A DNA stretch of 64,000 nucleotides from Lingula anatina (GCA_051362555.1 CM120648.1:6568587-6632586), one strand, 5' to 3'. Shown: positions 1 to 12,392, counted from the stretch's first letter. The notes: generated by a model not told the origin, from the sequence alone. Program-made: numbers and translations.

Positions 1-1
1 A

Positions 2-244
2 CTGCGATACGATTTCGTAGCATACTTTGAGACTATCGAAGAAGACACCAAAAACATTCTAGCTCTTCTAGGCGCAGATGACTTAATCAAGCTCCCGCCC
101 TCGCATCGATCAATCAAATTGTCGTCCGACGATGAAGCTCGGAAATACTATACTGGAATTGACCAACAACTTAAGAAGCGACTTTCGGAATTGTATTGGA
201 TTGAAGAGAAGTATTTTGGATATAATATGAGTTTATTTGGATAA
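2..244 (+). CDS. 3' end of a carbohydrate sulfotransferase (Sulfotransfer_2 / CHST8-14-like), truncated by the window start
   Basis: Frame 2 reads LRYDFVAYFETIEEDTKNILALLG...KYYTGIDQQLKKRLSELYWIEEKYFGYNMSLFG* (TAA 242-244). This fits the YDFxxxxETxxED ... LxxLYxxDFxxFGY C-terminal pattern of this family. Not in the ORF track because it has no start codon. Confidence 0.8.
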   Translation: MRYDFVAYFETIEEDTKNILALLGADDLIKLPPSHRSIKLSSDDEARKYYTGIDQQLKKRLSELYWIEEKYFGYNMSLFG

Positions 245-1249
245 AAATGAAAAATAACTGCAATCAAATTATATAAAGGAGAACCAAAAGACAGATATTG
301 TTTATCAGCTTTAAACAATAGCAGGGTTTGTAGGACATCTATACTTTGTGGTTGTAATATTAGCTTTCACCTCTCTATGACAAAATAATCAAAATCTTGG
401 AAAATCTGGAAATGTTGTATGTTTACATCGGGAGATTTTTCCCAACAGAAGTCAATCTTGTTTCCTAGGTCCCCTAATAACCGTCTCTGAATGTCAGCAA
501 AAAAATTATAAGCTGGTAATTTTGCCTTTTTGTAACACGGTAATATTTGCACATGCCCAACCCTACACCCTCATAAAATTTTCAATCAAGGAAGCTGTAA
601 CTTCATAAATACTCTTAAAGTTTTGCTCCTGTCCTATTGCGTCTGTCTTAACCAGGATCACCAACCACAATCTTCAAATCATGTATGGATCCACTGTAGA
701 ACCGTCTTTTTCAACTATAAGCATTTAGCAACCACAACGTAATTTGCAAACTGAAAAACGTGAATACGAATTTTGCAACCTTAACAGTTAACATATGTTG
801 ACGAACTAGTGGATTAACTATTTTTGTCATTGAGAGACTTGTAGAATGATAGAGATATCAAATAAAATTGGAACAGCATACCTGAATTGCACAAATCTGC
901 AGGTGCAAGTACGTTTGTTACAAAATGTGATACTGGCATTTTTTTTTTTTTTTTTGCAACCTATCGCATTTTGCTTCAGTTTACTACAATATATACGTTT
1001 GGTATTTTATAAGTAAATACTTCATTTGTTTGGTTTATGCACTAAAACAAAACGTGATAAAAAATCCAATATTTAATATCAACTCTTACAATTTCAATTA
1101 CAACTTTGGCCATCAAATTGAAAATCCAGCAGCAATGTTTCTTATATCATCGAATATTTTCAATGGACTATGAAGAAAATTATTAAAAGATATTATGCAC
1201 AAAATACAAAACAAAACTTCGCATGCTAAAAAAATCCATAAATCTATTT

Positions 1250-1286
<37 letters not shown>

Positions 1287-1921
1287 ACAAGTACTTGCGC
1301 TTCATACTATAGTGAATGAGTCAAGTGTATTAAATATAACTATAAAAACCCTACCAAAGTTTTCCATCTGACTTTAGTACCGAATCACCCGATCTGCAAA
1401 ACAGATCAGCTTGCCAGTATTTAGGAGTATTAGCTCTCTGACTGTAATTCAAAACACCTTTCTTCTAAAAGTACCAATTTTTGTCACATTTCCTGTCAGG
1501 TTCTGGTCAGGGAAATCAAATGGAACAAAAATTATATCAGGTACTTTGACAATATATTCACACATGGCAAGATAATGGCGCAATTTCACCTGTGAGCACC
1601 TCTATTCAGTAAGGATACAAATTGATATTCGACTGATTTCCAGATCGAGAATCAGTTCATCTCAAGCTTAAAGGAGGTCAATTTCTAATCATTTTCATAC
1701 GCAATTCATTAACTACAAATGTGGTATGAACCAATAAAATAATACGAATTAACGTTTGCGCACTTGCTTTTCATTCATGTTAATGCATTTCTGCCTCTCT
1801 CTCTTTGTAGGTATCAAAATATATAATAACAGCAAGCATGTTGTGTAAATACAACACTCGATGAAATCAAAAAATTAACTTTTTGCTTAGATCTCAGGAT
1901 GGTGTATTGCACAAATAAATT

Positions 1922-4900
1922 CTAACTAAATACTTCGTCGTCTTTTTCTTCCGAAATCATATGCAGCGGAATATCTTCCGGTCTACCTCCATCTACAAGA
2001 TCGGTTTGATCTCGCAGATTCTTTTTCATATCAGGGTGCTTTCCTTTCAATTTCTCCATTGTCCTTTCGTCTATTCGAATTAAAAGATCAACATGCTCAG
2101 AATCAGCGAGTAGAGCACGCTCCTGGAGGCCTTGCCACGTGTTCAACATGGTCACGGAGCCGTCATTGAAATCTCGCGGGACTTCAACGTCACTTGTTTT
2201 GCTGGTGTCACGCATGGTGCTCATGCTTGCGCTGCTGACCTGTCTTCTCGGAGCATCGGCATATTTGAATATAGTATCAGCAACCTTGTCCAACGTGTGG
2301 ATATGAGTTTCGTCATCACAATGAATCTCGCCCAGAGGAGAAAGTTCAAGACTGGTTGCTATGGTAGCACTCTCTGGCTGTGAGAATGCTTCATAATCTT
2401 CTGGCAACTCTGTCATGTCAAGATCAGCAATTGGCCATGTCTGCGTGAACGCCGCCATAATTTCGTTGAAACGACTTTTGTAGCTTATGGTCCCGGTGTA
2501 ACTTGTGTCAAGTTTTGGAGGCTTGCAGAAACTGCGTAGAAAAAACGGAATAAAACCGCCGGCAAGTGACGCAAGAGTTTGATTAGTCGTGGATATATTA
2601 TACAAATTCCCAAAAGTCCCTACCACAACGAATACGAACGCTATAAAGAGGGATACCAACAGAAGGTACACAATAGCGCCCCACATCCTCTTGTAAACCG
2701 GTCCCGGTGATCCACATAGTTCTATCTCGCACATCTGATTAAACAGTTTCTTTGGTATCCTGGCCGTGTCATTCGAATCCAAAAAAAGAGCGACATTATT
2801 GAGATGATAATGATTCCGTTTTTTCTTTGATAAACCATCCGGCACGTACTTGAGGGTTTTTGTTACATACAACTGAGGTCGCTCTAACTGGAACGCTCTT
2901 GGCTTCTGGTATTCCTCCGGTTGCAAGGCGGTTGTGTTGGCTTCGCTCGCCATATTGTATGAAGCGGTGACAATACTTTTGCAAAGAGCAAGGTATCCCT
3001 TGTAAACGTCGTTAAATGCGTCATAACTGTACAGCGCAATAAGGGTTAGAAGGGACAAAAATTTCAGCGTTGTCCCGGCGTTCACGATGGCTCCCATTAA
3101 CGTCAGTGCAAACATTTCTGTTAGAAGGTAAGCGCACTCTGCCAGAATGATCAGGATTGCGTACAAGAAGAAAAGACAGAGGGTCGCCACCAGAAAATGT
3201 TTCACAACGTTTTTAAACTTCGCTCCACATGTCATGTCTTTAATGTTAAGCTTTTCTCTGAGGTAGGCATCAGAGTATGTCTTATTGATCTCAGAGAGTG
3301 GATCCGTCACGGCCTTTAACCCTTTCTTGATCCCGGCTTTAATATTGCTTCCGTGTTCTTCGAATTCGGTATTGTCAGGTTGTTTCTTCCGAGCGCCTTT
3401 CCGTAGAGTCATTTGCGAATTCCACAACACTCGCAAAGAAAGGTACGCGGTTGGCAGGCAGTAACTGAAGGCAATTAAAAGACAAACAGGGACGACCACA
3501 ATCCAGTACAGGAGGCCTGGAAAAACACCCCATATGCCAAACTTTTCCATAGGGAGTAAAAACACGCCCGAGAGTTTCTGCAGAACATTCCTGTACTCGA
3601 TACTGAATAAGTCTTCGAAGGACTCCCTGACAGTTTTTTTCACGGTTCCGGTTCCAATGACCCCTTTGTAAGCCAAGCAAAAAGTGGTGCAGCACACGAA
3701 GTAGAAAACGTAGGCGAAGATGAAAGCCGGGTGAGTGGGAGTAAAATACTGAAGGAGATTGTCTTCGTACTTTTGGCGAAGGTTCAAGTCCTCTAAGGCT
3801 TGTTTTCTTATCATCATCTCATCGTGTTCATACAATAGGTAGATAATCAGACGAATTACGAATGGGAATGGGATTATGAAAATGATCGTAATTATTAGTC
3901 CGACGATCTGCCACAGGTGGAGCCACTTGCAACGACAGCCCCGCCTCGAGAGACACCCACATAAGTTGGAGTGGCAATACATGTAACAGCCCGGTTGCTT
4001 GGCTACTTTACACTGGAAAAACATTCGGGAAACCGAATCCATTATTCCAATGGGCACTTTATGCATAGTCAATGTTTTGTCCAGGTCAACGTTTAAGTAC
4101 AGCTCCGGCGTGTCGACGTGAATATTTTTATCGAGTTTATTTTCTCGAATCCATGTCCGTAGTTTTGGCGTCAGCTTGGGATAGTCCAGCGGGTCAGTTA
4201 CGTCTAACACGTGTCTCGCACTCACGCCCGCCTCGCGCTCTTTGCCGCTCATAACAGTCATGCGCACTGAAAACCTTATTTTCTTTTCCTCCGCCCCCGG
4301 GCCCAGCTTCAGGACGTACGTGTAAGTATCCTTCGCGAATGTAAACAACCATCGTGGTGCTAAAAGAGGCGCAAAAAGTATGACCAAGTACATGAGGGCG
4401 AGAATCATATAGTCCAACACGATGACCCACGTGTCCTTTAACTGGTCAGTGCAACGGACTTCGCCTTTTACCCAGCGACAACACTCGTAGAGAAAGACTC
4501 CGTGCCCGCTGACGTTCTTGACCACTGGGTTACAGATATGATCGTCAATGGTCAACGACGTCTTCGTTGCATTGATGTCGAAGTTGTTAAGTAGAAGATC
4601 GCGTATTTTTTTCGTTTTACAAACGGCACTGAGAGTAGCGAGGCAGCCCTGGGGGTGGTCGGCTAAAGTAACGTCCATGTCGACTTGACCGATGCCCAAC
4701 ATGGTCAGAGAAAGGATGTCGTAGTTAAAGGCCAGCGTGAGTAACGTCTGCCCGTGACGAGAGTGTGCACGCGACCAGTAATTGCCTCGGTACAAATTGG
4801 ACATGTTGACTAGAAGAGGATTCGCTTTCGTTGGATACCCAGCAAATTTAAAGAGAAACTGGATGAGTTTCGTTTGCTTGTTCACTAGTAATTCTATGTC

Positions 4901-5140
4901 CGCGCTAACAGTTGGATCTTTGGGATAGACAACACACCTTGCTGCGTGCATAGAGTCACAGTCATCAAATGCCGGTGTGCCCGCCATGTTTACTTTCTGC
5001 TTATTATTCTCGCTAATCAAGGTGAAATTTCTGTCGCTTTTTTCGCTGCCATTGTACTTCAGAATAGTCTGTGTAGTTGCGTCTTGGGAGACCACCTTCC
5101 CCAAAGTTAAAAGCACCACAAATAATCCCAAAATGGCCAT
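1922..5140 (-). CDS. Intronless uncharacterised multi-pass membrane protein (~1072 aa) with signal peptide and Cys-containing ectodomain
   Basis: 3.2-kb open frame. The first ATG (5140) begins MAILGLFVVLLTLGKVVSQ, a signal-peptide-like sequence. A ~240-aa N-glycosylated, Cys-containing region follows, then roughly 8-10 hydrophobic segments and an acidic C-tail. The ORF-track start at 5206 is a GTG and is probably not used. Confidence 0.85.
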   Translation of the reverse strand: MAILGLFVVLLTLGKVVSQDATTQTILKYNGSEKSDRNFTLISENNKQKVNMAGTPAFDDCDSMHAARCVVYPKDPTVSADIELLVNKQTKLIQFLFKFAGYPTKANPLLVNMSNLYRGNYWSRAHSRHGQTLLTLAFNYDILSLTMLGIGQVDMDVTLADHPQGCLATLSAVCKTKKIRDLLLNNFDINATKTSLTIDDHICNPVVKNVSGHGVFLYECCRWVKGEVRCTDQLKDTWVIVLDYMILALMYLVILFAPLLAPRWLFTFAKDTYTYVLKLGPGAEEKKIRFSVRMTVMSGKEREAGVSARHVLDVTDPLDYPKLTPKLRTWIRENKLDKNIHVDTPELYLNVDLDKTLTMHKVPIGIMDSVSRMFFQCKVAKQPGCYMYCHSNLCGCLSRRGCRCKWLHLWQIVGLIITIIFIIPFPFVIRLIIYLLYEHDEMMIRKQALEDLNLRQKYEDNLLQYFTPTHPAFIFAYVFYFVCCTTFCLAYKGVIGTGTVKKTVRESFEDLFSIEYRNVLQKLSGVFLLPMEKFGIWGVFPGLLYWIVVVPVCLLIAFSYCLPTAYLSLRVLWNSQMTLRKGARKKQPDNTEFEEHGSNIKAGIKKGLKAVTDPLSEINKTYSDAYLREKLNIKDMTCGAKFKNVVKHFLVATLCLFFLYAILIILAECAYLLTEMFALTLMGAIVNAGTTLKFLSLLTLIALYSYDAFNDVYKGYLALCKSIVTASYNMASEANTTALQPEEYQKPRAFQLERPQLYVTKTLKYVPDGLSKKKRNHYHLNNVALFLDSNDTARIPKKLFNQMCEIELCGSPGPVYKRMWGAIVYLLLVSLFIAFVFVVVGTFGNLYNISTTNQTLASLAGGFIPFFLRSFCKPPKLDTSYTGTISYKSRFNEIMAAFTQTWPIADLDMTELPEDYEAFSQPESATIATSLELSPLGEIHCDDETHIHTLDKVADTIFKYADAPRRQVSSASMSTMRDTSKTSDVEVPRDFNDGSVTMLNTWQGLQERALLADSEHVDLLIRIDERTMEKLKGKHPDMKKNLRDQTDLVDGGRPEDIPLHMISEEKDDEVFS

Positions 5141-7689
5141 TTCATACCTCTTAATCCACGCAGTAAGTTCGTAAGTAATATGCCGCTCAGGTCGTGTTGT
5201 CTTCACTGTGTGTTTGTGAGTAGCAAGCCTGAAGCATGCGCGGTTAATATAATTGGGTCGCCATAAAAGGCGGAACAGAATAATGACCTAGTTCCATTGA
5301 CTGAACTACTGCACACAAAAGCGCCATGAATATCGAACAAGTTATAAACGTACATTTTCTTACACAATGGTCAATACAAGAAGGTTCCTCTGATTGACAG
5401 GCAAGTTAGGTCATATAACGCTCACCTGTACAGTAGGCCTACCTGTATGGAGCTTTCGATGAACATTATCAAGATTATAGGCGAAACTAAATGGGAGATA
5501 TTCAAATTAATCTATCTTAAAGCCCCACAGCTCATCAGAATAATGTACAACAACACAATGTGACAAAAAATTGTATAACATAGAAAAAAAGTTTGGTTGG
5601 AGTTTATAAGTGTTTGAATTATTCAAAACGAGTAAACACTTCTACATTTACGCAGTGCATACGTGTTCGCGCATTATTGTTTTCTGTTATTATATTTTAA
5701 AATGAACATTTCTAGAACACCGAAAATAGCACTGAAATGTTTATATGGTTCATTTTCTGGTTTATTGTTGTTCCTATTTTTTTACTGGCGTAATCCAGTG
5801 AACTCTGTTTTCTTTAGTCAACCTGTGAAAACAAGAGCTCGGCTGCAGTCAAATCAATCTTTAGACTTCAAGGTTACAGTAAAAGGTTGCACCGACTGCT
5901 GTATTCTTCACTCCACCAGAGGCCTTCGGTCATCTCTGCTGTTACAAAATGAAGTTAAAGATTGGCGTATCAGCTTGTATATAAAAGCTAGAGAAGACCC
6001 TAGTGTAGGGTACGTAGGAATTACATGAAGGTGTATTAATTTCACCAGGGTTATTAATTAACGCGAAATGCGCAGCTTAGCTTTACCATAGAAAAGATTA
6101 TTAATATAATTTACAGGTGTGCTGAACGCACAGCATGATTAAGTGCCCACAACTCACAGGGCAACCACAAATGTATACCTCCTCTTCAGCATCTTAAGGA
6201 ACACTTGCGCTTGGGATTCAACTTGCTCATAAACACGGCTACCAAAACATTTTAACGTCTGTTAAGGGGTAAGGTGTGTGTGTGTGCGTGTATGCGTTGC
6301 GCGGGGGGGGGGGGGGGGGGGGATACAGGGCTAGAAACCTTTTATGGGACACGGCACGTTCGAGAAGAAAAAAAAAACTAATAAAATGGGAGTACCAGCA
6401 GGAGGGGGTGGGAGGGTTGAAGTGAAAACCACTTGTCCCTTGTGCTCCCTCGTTCCGAGATGTGCAGACTTTTTATGAGCCGAGACACATTACTCGGAGT
6501 AATGGGGAGGGGAGGTTGTTTACTTGTAGAAGTAATGTACGCAGTGGCTCCGTACAAAGTACACGCTCGCGGAACTGGGATGGTATATACTTTGATCAAC
6601 AACAGAGATTAAGTAACAAAAAAACCCTTGGCCTTGACACCGAATGAGAAAGAAAAATAGAGACAAGGACAAGCTCCTTTTGTTATCTATGATCTGCATT
6701 TATTTAATAGTATAGACAGCGTTATTCGAATAACAATGAGATCAGACATGGAAAGCCGCCAAAGGGAAACCACCCCATCTTCCCCACACTGTACAAAAAG
6801 TCTGGCTTTGACTAAAGTGAACTTTTTGACACAAATATCCTATTACAACAAATAAACAACGTGGCAGCTAATTTATCTAGAACAATCTGCACCAAGTTTT
6901 CTGAAAATAGGGAGGAAAAGAAACACCCGACAATTTACACTTTTCATAAAAAAGCAAAGTGCACATTTCACCCGCGGTTACCAAAATAAGAAGCAGTCTT
7001 TACAAACTTATGTCAAATGAAATGAAGCCTCCCACCTAATCTAAATCTAGCGAACCATCCTGCTACTGGTATAACACTTTGGCCATTCTGAATATTTCAT
7101 AACTGTACACGGTGCACGTTAATATAGATCGAATCAGAATAAACACGCCAATGTACAACGCTATATACAACTGTTCTTTTCGGGTTATTTTAAACTGTCC
7201 GAGACGATATGACATATACAAAGCACGTGAACCCGCATAAATAACTGAAGTTCAATAAATACATCGAGTACTTCTTATCTCTTCAAATAAAGATATACCT
7301 GTGGTTAAATATTATACTGATCATAAAACTCAAAGACAGTAACTTATTCTTTTAATACTATGCTTTATCAGATTGCTGCCAAAATACACTCACGGAATAT
7401 ACGTCTATCGGGGAAAATTAAAACTACTAGAATGAATTAAATACACCAAACCTTAAAGAAAACTAAAGCAAACTGTTCAAATATGTAGGCAACCCCGCTA
7501 TCCAGAAAAAAAGTTATTACAACAATGTTGATATGCATTTGAACTTCTACTTTACAACATATATATTCGAAAATTTAACAACAGTTGGTCCAGGGCTTTA
7601 TTTCCCTGACATCGTCAATTTCGTTGATTTCTGTGTTTCATCCCCCTTCGCTCCTCTTCTTATCGACGTTAGGTATTCCCAGTTGAACT

Positions 7690-7912
7690 TCAGCCATATG
7701 GCTTTGGTCGAGAGTTTTTATTCCTGGAGGTAAATTTGACTTTTCGGTTCGGTTTATTTGTTCCTTTGTCATCTGTGAGATCTTTTCTCTGGTCCATTTT
7801 CTTCTTTATATTGGGAAGTGAAACGTATTTTTTGTTGCTGGTGCTTAGGTCTTTGTTTCCTTTGTTCAATTGGAAGTTGTGATTTGGGCTATGTATTGAT
7901 GGAAATTTCATT
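7690..7912 (-). CDS. MLF: Putative alternative terminal coding exon of MLF (basic C-tail, ...RNKNSRPKPYG*)
   Basis: Acceptor ttttaatttcag ends at 7913. One nt precedes the 73-codon frame, which is phase-compatible with the internal phase-2 donor GAC AG|gtacgg at 11210. Confidence 0.5.
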
Positions 7913-8686
7913 CTGAAATTAAAATTTAAAAAAAGTTAAATAATGGGAAAAACATCATCGAAAACCTCTAGCAATAGTTGAGAAGGAATAGAGACAATTT
8001 ACTTTTAAACAATTGAAGTACATAGTTAACAAAACATATTCACATTTTTTTGTCACAAATATAAAAGCAAAACTGAATACATGATTGTGAAAAAGTATTT
8101 TATTACCCCTTCCAAAAAGGCCATGTTACTTCAAAATCCTCAAATAGAGGATTTAGAAGTATGTTGGCTGGCCCATTTCGATTTACATTGGTTGGTTTGT
8201 TAGTTGACAAACAAACTCACTAACAAAAGGATGCTTTTGATCAAATTTTGGGGGAAGGTCAAAAATGTGCTTATAACACACAGCATCAAATGCAACTAAT
8301 TGTTGTCAGTGATCCATTAATTAACTGATAACAAAATAATTAGAAATGTGCTGCCTTGGCTGAGGGTCTGGGTTTTTCTGAGTGGTTTTTTAGTCTTATT
8401 AGAATGATGTATCACGTTTGACAAACTTAAAGCATAGCATTTACAGTCATGCACTTAGCCAAGCTGTCATCACATAATTTACATGGCCACTGAAAGGGTT
8501 AAAATGCCATGTAGTGGTACGCAGAACATCTGTTGTAGCAAGCAGCACAGCATAAGGCATGAACACACTTTAATAAACTAAGAAACAGAGGTCATTATAC
8601 ACCAACTGAAAATATATAAAAGTGATTTTTTCATCAACTTTTCTACAGTTACAAATGTCACTATTGTTAGAAAAAGCATGCTCTCA

Positions 8687-10652
8687 ACTAGAGGATCAGA
8701 GAGGCGATACCGCCTCCGGATATTGTACCACCAGCTGGAGTAAGCGCATTCGTATGGACCCCCCCCCTTCCAAAAAGGGACACCATCACCAGTCTTGTGC
8801 TTGACAAGCTCTATAAGATTTTCGAATTGACTTGCATTTTCCTACCCTTGATCACTCCTGTATTCTCTAGACAAAAGGCCTATTGGTTTTCCTTGAAAAG
8901 TGTTGTTAATGGTGCATATATGCTGACAAAAGAGAAAACATAGGGGCAACAAGGGGCACATCTCTGCTAGTTTTAAAGATATGAGAGGCAAGAAAATATG
9001 CAAAGCTCAGTTCATGGTGAAAAAGTAGGTCAAAGGTCAATTTCAATATCATAGTTTATGAATTTCTATTTAAGTTCAATAGCAACCATGGGCATTTCTT
9101 TGCCAATTTTGCAGATTTAAAGGCCTGAAAACATGCAAAAAGCAGTTCATCATAAAAAGTAGGTCAAAGGTCAATTTCAAGGTCACAGATTGCTAGTGTA
9201 TTACTTCCTATTCAAGTTCAATAGTAACTATGGACCTATCTCTGTCAGTTTTAGAGATAAAGGAGAAAGAAAATTTGCAAAGTTCAGTTCATAGTAAAAA
9301 GATGGTCAAAGGTCAATTTTAAGGTCACAGTAAATTGCCAGTATATGACTTACTACATGTACTTAAGTTCAATAGTAACTATGGACCTATCTCTGCCAGT
9401 TTTGGAGATAAAAGGGAATGAAAATTTGCAAAGTTCAGTTCATGGTGAAAAGTAGGTCAAAGGTCAATTTAAAGGTCACAGTAAATTGCCTCTGACTTTC
9501 TATTCAAATTCAATAGTAACTATGGGCGTATCTTTGCCAGTTTTGGAGATAAAAGAGAACAAAAATTTGCAAAGTTCAGTTCATGGTAAAAAGTAGGTCA
9601 AAGGTCAAATTTAAGGTCACAGTAAATTGCCAGTATATGACTTCCTATTCAAGTTCAATAGTAACTTTGAACCTATCTCTGCCAGTTTTGGAGATAAAAG
9701 GGAACGGAAATTTGCAAAGTTCAATTCATGGTGAAAAGTAGGTCAAAGGTCAATTTTATGGTCACTGTTAAATTGCCAGTAAGTGACTTCCTATTCAACT
9801 TTAATAGTAACTATTGACCTATATCTGCCAGTTTTGGAGATATAATGTTACAATTCTGAGTTACAATAATGTGCCACCACAATGTACTTTTTAATACAGC
9901 ATAACACGAAAACCGTATGAAATACAAAAAAACGAAGACCACATGCAATGTTGGGCTTTACATGCTCTACAAAATGCAAAAAAGAACAGGTCGCTAGCAT
10001 TAACGGTTCCCGAATTAGAGACAGTTTTCAGTTTCGGTATCTTATGGCCGCTTCTCCCGTGAAAATGCACCGATTGACCCCAAATTCACGGAGATGAAAG
10101 ATGACCCAAAGGGTAACACTTTCCAATAATATTATTGGTTAAGTCTGTGTAGTGTCTGAATAACAGCGCAAATAATATTTTTTTTGTAAAAAATTTCATT
10201 TTTTTGAAAATTTTGGCCTGTTTGACCTTGAAATAAAGGTCAAAGGTCAAATCCAAGGGCATATTTGAAATCTACACATATGACTTTTGGAAAGCCGTCT
10301 GTAGAAATTTTTCCCATAATTCCTTCCGTAGGGTAGATAATTGGCATTGAATTTTCAAAAATTTTGACAAGGGTGCATTTCAACAAGCGTCACGCCCAGG
10401 TTAATGCACCGACTGAGACAAAAAAATCTGGGGGTTCAAGTTGAGGTTATATGTGACCTAAATCCAAGAGATGGGGACAGGGGTCCTTGCGGTCTAGGAG
10501 GAGTAGCGGTAACGGTGACTTGTATCCGGCGCCAGTACGCGGAGCCGGCGGAGCTTACGGAGCCGGCGGAGCCAACGGAGCCGGCGGAGCCGGACGAGAC
10601 GGGTCGGGACTAAAACCATGAGTACCGCCAGCGTACACGCTGGTGGTACTAA
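8687..10652. mobile_element. Non-autonomous Helentron/HINE (pearl/DINE-1-like) element carrying a central tandem array
   Basis: Short hairpin gaggcg-atac-cgcctc (8701-8716); subterminal inverted repeat gtaccaccagc (8725-8735) / gctggtggtac (10639-10649); terminal hairpin 10621-10650; (cggagc)-type microsatellite 10539-10610; internal ~120-bp repeats. Confidence 0.7.
8930..9842. repeat. Tandem array of a ~115-122 bp unit, about 7-8 copies, inside the HINE
   Basis: Recurring unit ttcaagttcaatagtaactatggacctatctctgccagttttggagataaaag...aaagtaggtcaaaggtcaattt. Confidence 0.9.
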
Positions 10653-10782
10653 TAATGCTTCATTTTGATTTGTCACTTGTAAAAGAGAGAGAAGGAGAGA
10701 CAGAAGGAATGAAAGAGAGAGAGAGCTAGTAGGTAGTAGTCAGATGTTACAGTTAAGCTGATATACCAGAGGTCAGTTGCAC

Positions 10783-10815
<33 letters not shown>

Positions 10816-11100
10816 ACTCTTCATACTTTCTATGACCAGGTCCAATGATTTCAGTGAGGTGAACAGATCATTGAATTCCCATGGATTAAAGCAATTTAAA
10901 ATGTCAGCCTTTAAAAAAAAAAAAGTTGAACCAAAATTGTGATTGCAGCTCTTGGGTGAAACTGACCCTAAGTGTGAGTCTGAACAAAACTGACCACAAA
11001 ACCACTGACCACAGAGAGGGCAGCCAAGGTGACCATTGTTAGTGCAAAAGCCCACCAACCTAATATATGAAAACTGTGAGGATGCTCGTGATGAAGTTAA

Positions 11101-11327
11101 TTATTCCAGATCCCGCTCTCGGAATCTGGCTCTTGGATTGTTATCTCTTGGGGTATACTCTAATGCTGGGGTTTGCCGCCTCCTCCTCCTCTCTCTGTGA
11201 TTGCCGTACCTGTCACGTCCATCTGTCATGGCGGGCTGATGGCGACGACTGTCTCGATCTCGTTGAGACTGGGAAAAGCCTTGTTGTGCTCTTTGAGTCC
11301 ACTCAGAGTCAAAACGTGGTGCTTCCT
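11101..11327 (-). CDS. MLF: MLF exon 5 (terminal form, stop at 11101-11103; internal donor at 11210)
   Basis: Acceptor cag at 11328-11330 completes a phase-1 codon; reads EEAPRFDSEWTQRAQQ..., matching the MLF ExxxFDxEW motif. Confidence 0.8.
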
Positions 11328-11621
11328 CTGTAACAGAATCTTGATTGTTGCAAAATGTTTTTATACATACATGTACATTTCTAAATTCTGCCAAGTGTTA
11401 TGAACAAGTCTTACTGTTGGTAAGATGCTCAAATTCAAAGGACCTTTGTTCAACTATTTTGTGACCACCAAACTGCTGGAAAAAAAGTTAATTCAATTTA
11501 ACCATATTAAATATTAACACCAAAAGTCAGGCTAATTTACATCTGCCTTCCAATCTAAAACTTCCACACTAACACTGTCAACATTAATTCACTAAGCTAT
11601 CACTATGCCTTGTCACTCTAC

Positions 11622-11781
11622 CTTCGTCAATATTTACAAAATCCTGATTCTCTTCCATATCCCCAGTCCGCGTGTTTTTGGCTTTTGTGATCACATGACC
11701 TCTGTCTTTAATATGGCGGCCAATGGCCATCTTTTCTGTTGCTGTTTCTGAGTCGCGGACAGCCTTACGGGTCTCTCTGAC
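11622..11781 (-). CDS. MLF: MLF exon 4
   Basis: VRETRKAVRDSETATEKMAIGRHIKDRGHVITKAKNTRTGDMEENQDFVNIDE is the conserved Mlf1IP core. Bounded by cag and gt; 160 nt, phases consistent with neighbours. Confidence 0.92.
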
Positions 11782-12094
11782 CTGACGGCAAATAGGACAA
11801 ATCAATATTTTTGTCTTCAACACATTCTGCTAAACAAAAATGTCATTAAAATACAAATATAACTTACTAGAAAAAAGTTGTGATCTTTGAAGTGGTCTAA
11901 ATTACATTAAAACACCTTTATTAATTGTTTAACACTTTTTTCATAAAATACCTGCCCAGAACACAAATCCAGGAATTCCCTAAATAACTACATGTAAGGA
12001 CGAGGCTGGGTCAGATAAAAAATCCCTGAAAATCAGACAACTATTTAATCATCAAATCCACAAAACACAATTTTACCCTTTGCAAACAGGAGAA

Positions 12095-12392
12095 AGTTAA
12101 GGACGTACTGCTCACAGTTAAAGAAATGAAATGGAGGTGGGCAGGACATGTCAAAAGAATGAAGGACAATAGGTGGACAATCAGGCTTACAGAATGGACC
12201 CCAAGGTATGGACAAAGAAAAAGAGGAAGGCCGGTCAAACGATGGAGGGATGAATTAGATGACTACTGGAAGTCTTGGAAGAAGAAACCTTGGCCAGAAA
12301 TCTGAGGCTCATGATAGGAAACAATGGAAAAAGCATGCTGAGGCCTTTGTCCAACAGTGGAACACTATAGGCTCTAAATGATGATGATGATG
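12095..12392 (+). mobile_element. 5'-truncated RTE-clade LINE with (TGA)n tail and 11-bp target-site duplication
   Basis: Translates ...KWRWAGHVKRMKDNRWTIRLTEWTPRYGQRKRGRPVKRWRDEL, the RTE C-terminal signature. Ends in atgatgatgatg. Flanked by aaacaggagaa at 12084-12094 and 12393-12403. Confidence 0.88.

Noticed and set aside
1251-1284. Poly(A) run as the retrocopy tail of the large intronless gene
   Set aside because: It is on the wrong strand for a minus-strand gene, no TSD is seen, and similar homopolymers are common in the window.
8840-8870. Possible extra short MLF terminal exon (tctag|A GAA TAC...TAG)
   Set aside because: It lies inside the HINE element and would add only about 8 codons; there is no independent support.
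8930-9842. Regular repeat array as a possible CRISPR
   Set aside because: Whole units repeat with no unique spacers, there are no cas genes, and the context is eukaryotic.
10404-10676. ORFs with EPAEP / RRLR repeats
   Set aside because: They are translations of the HINE microsatellite.
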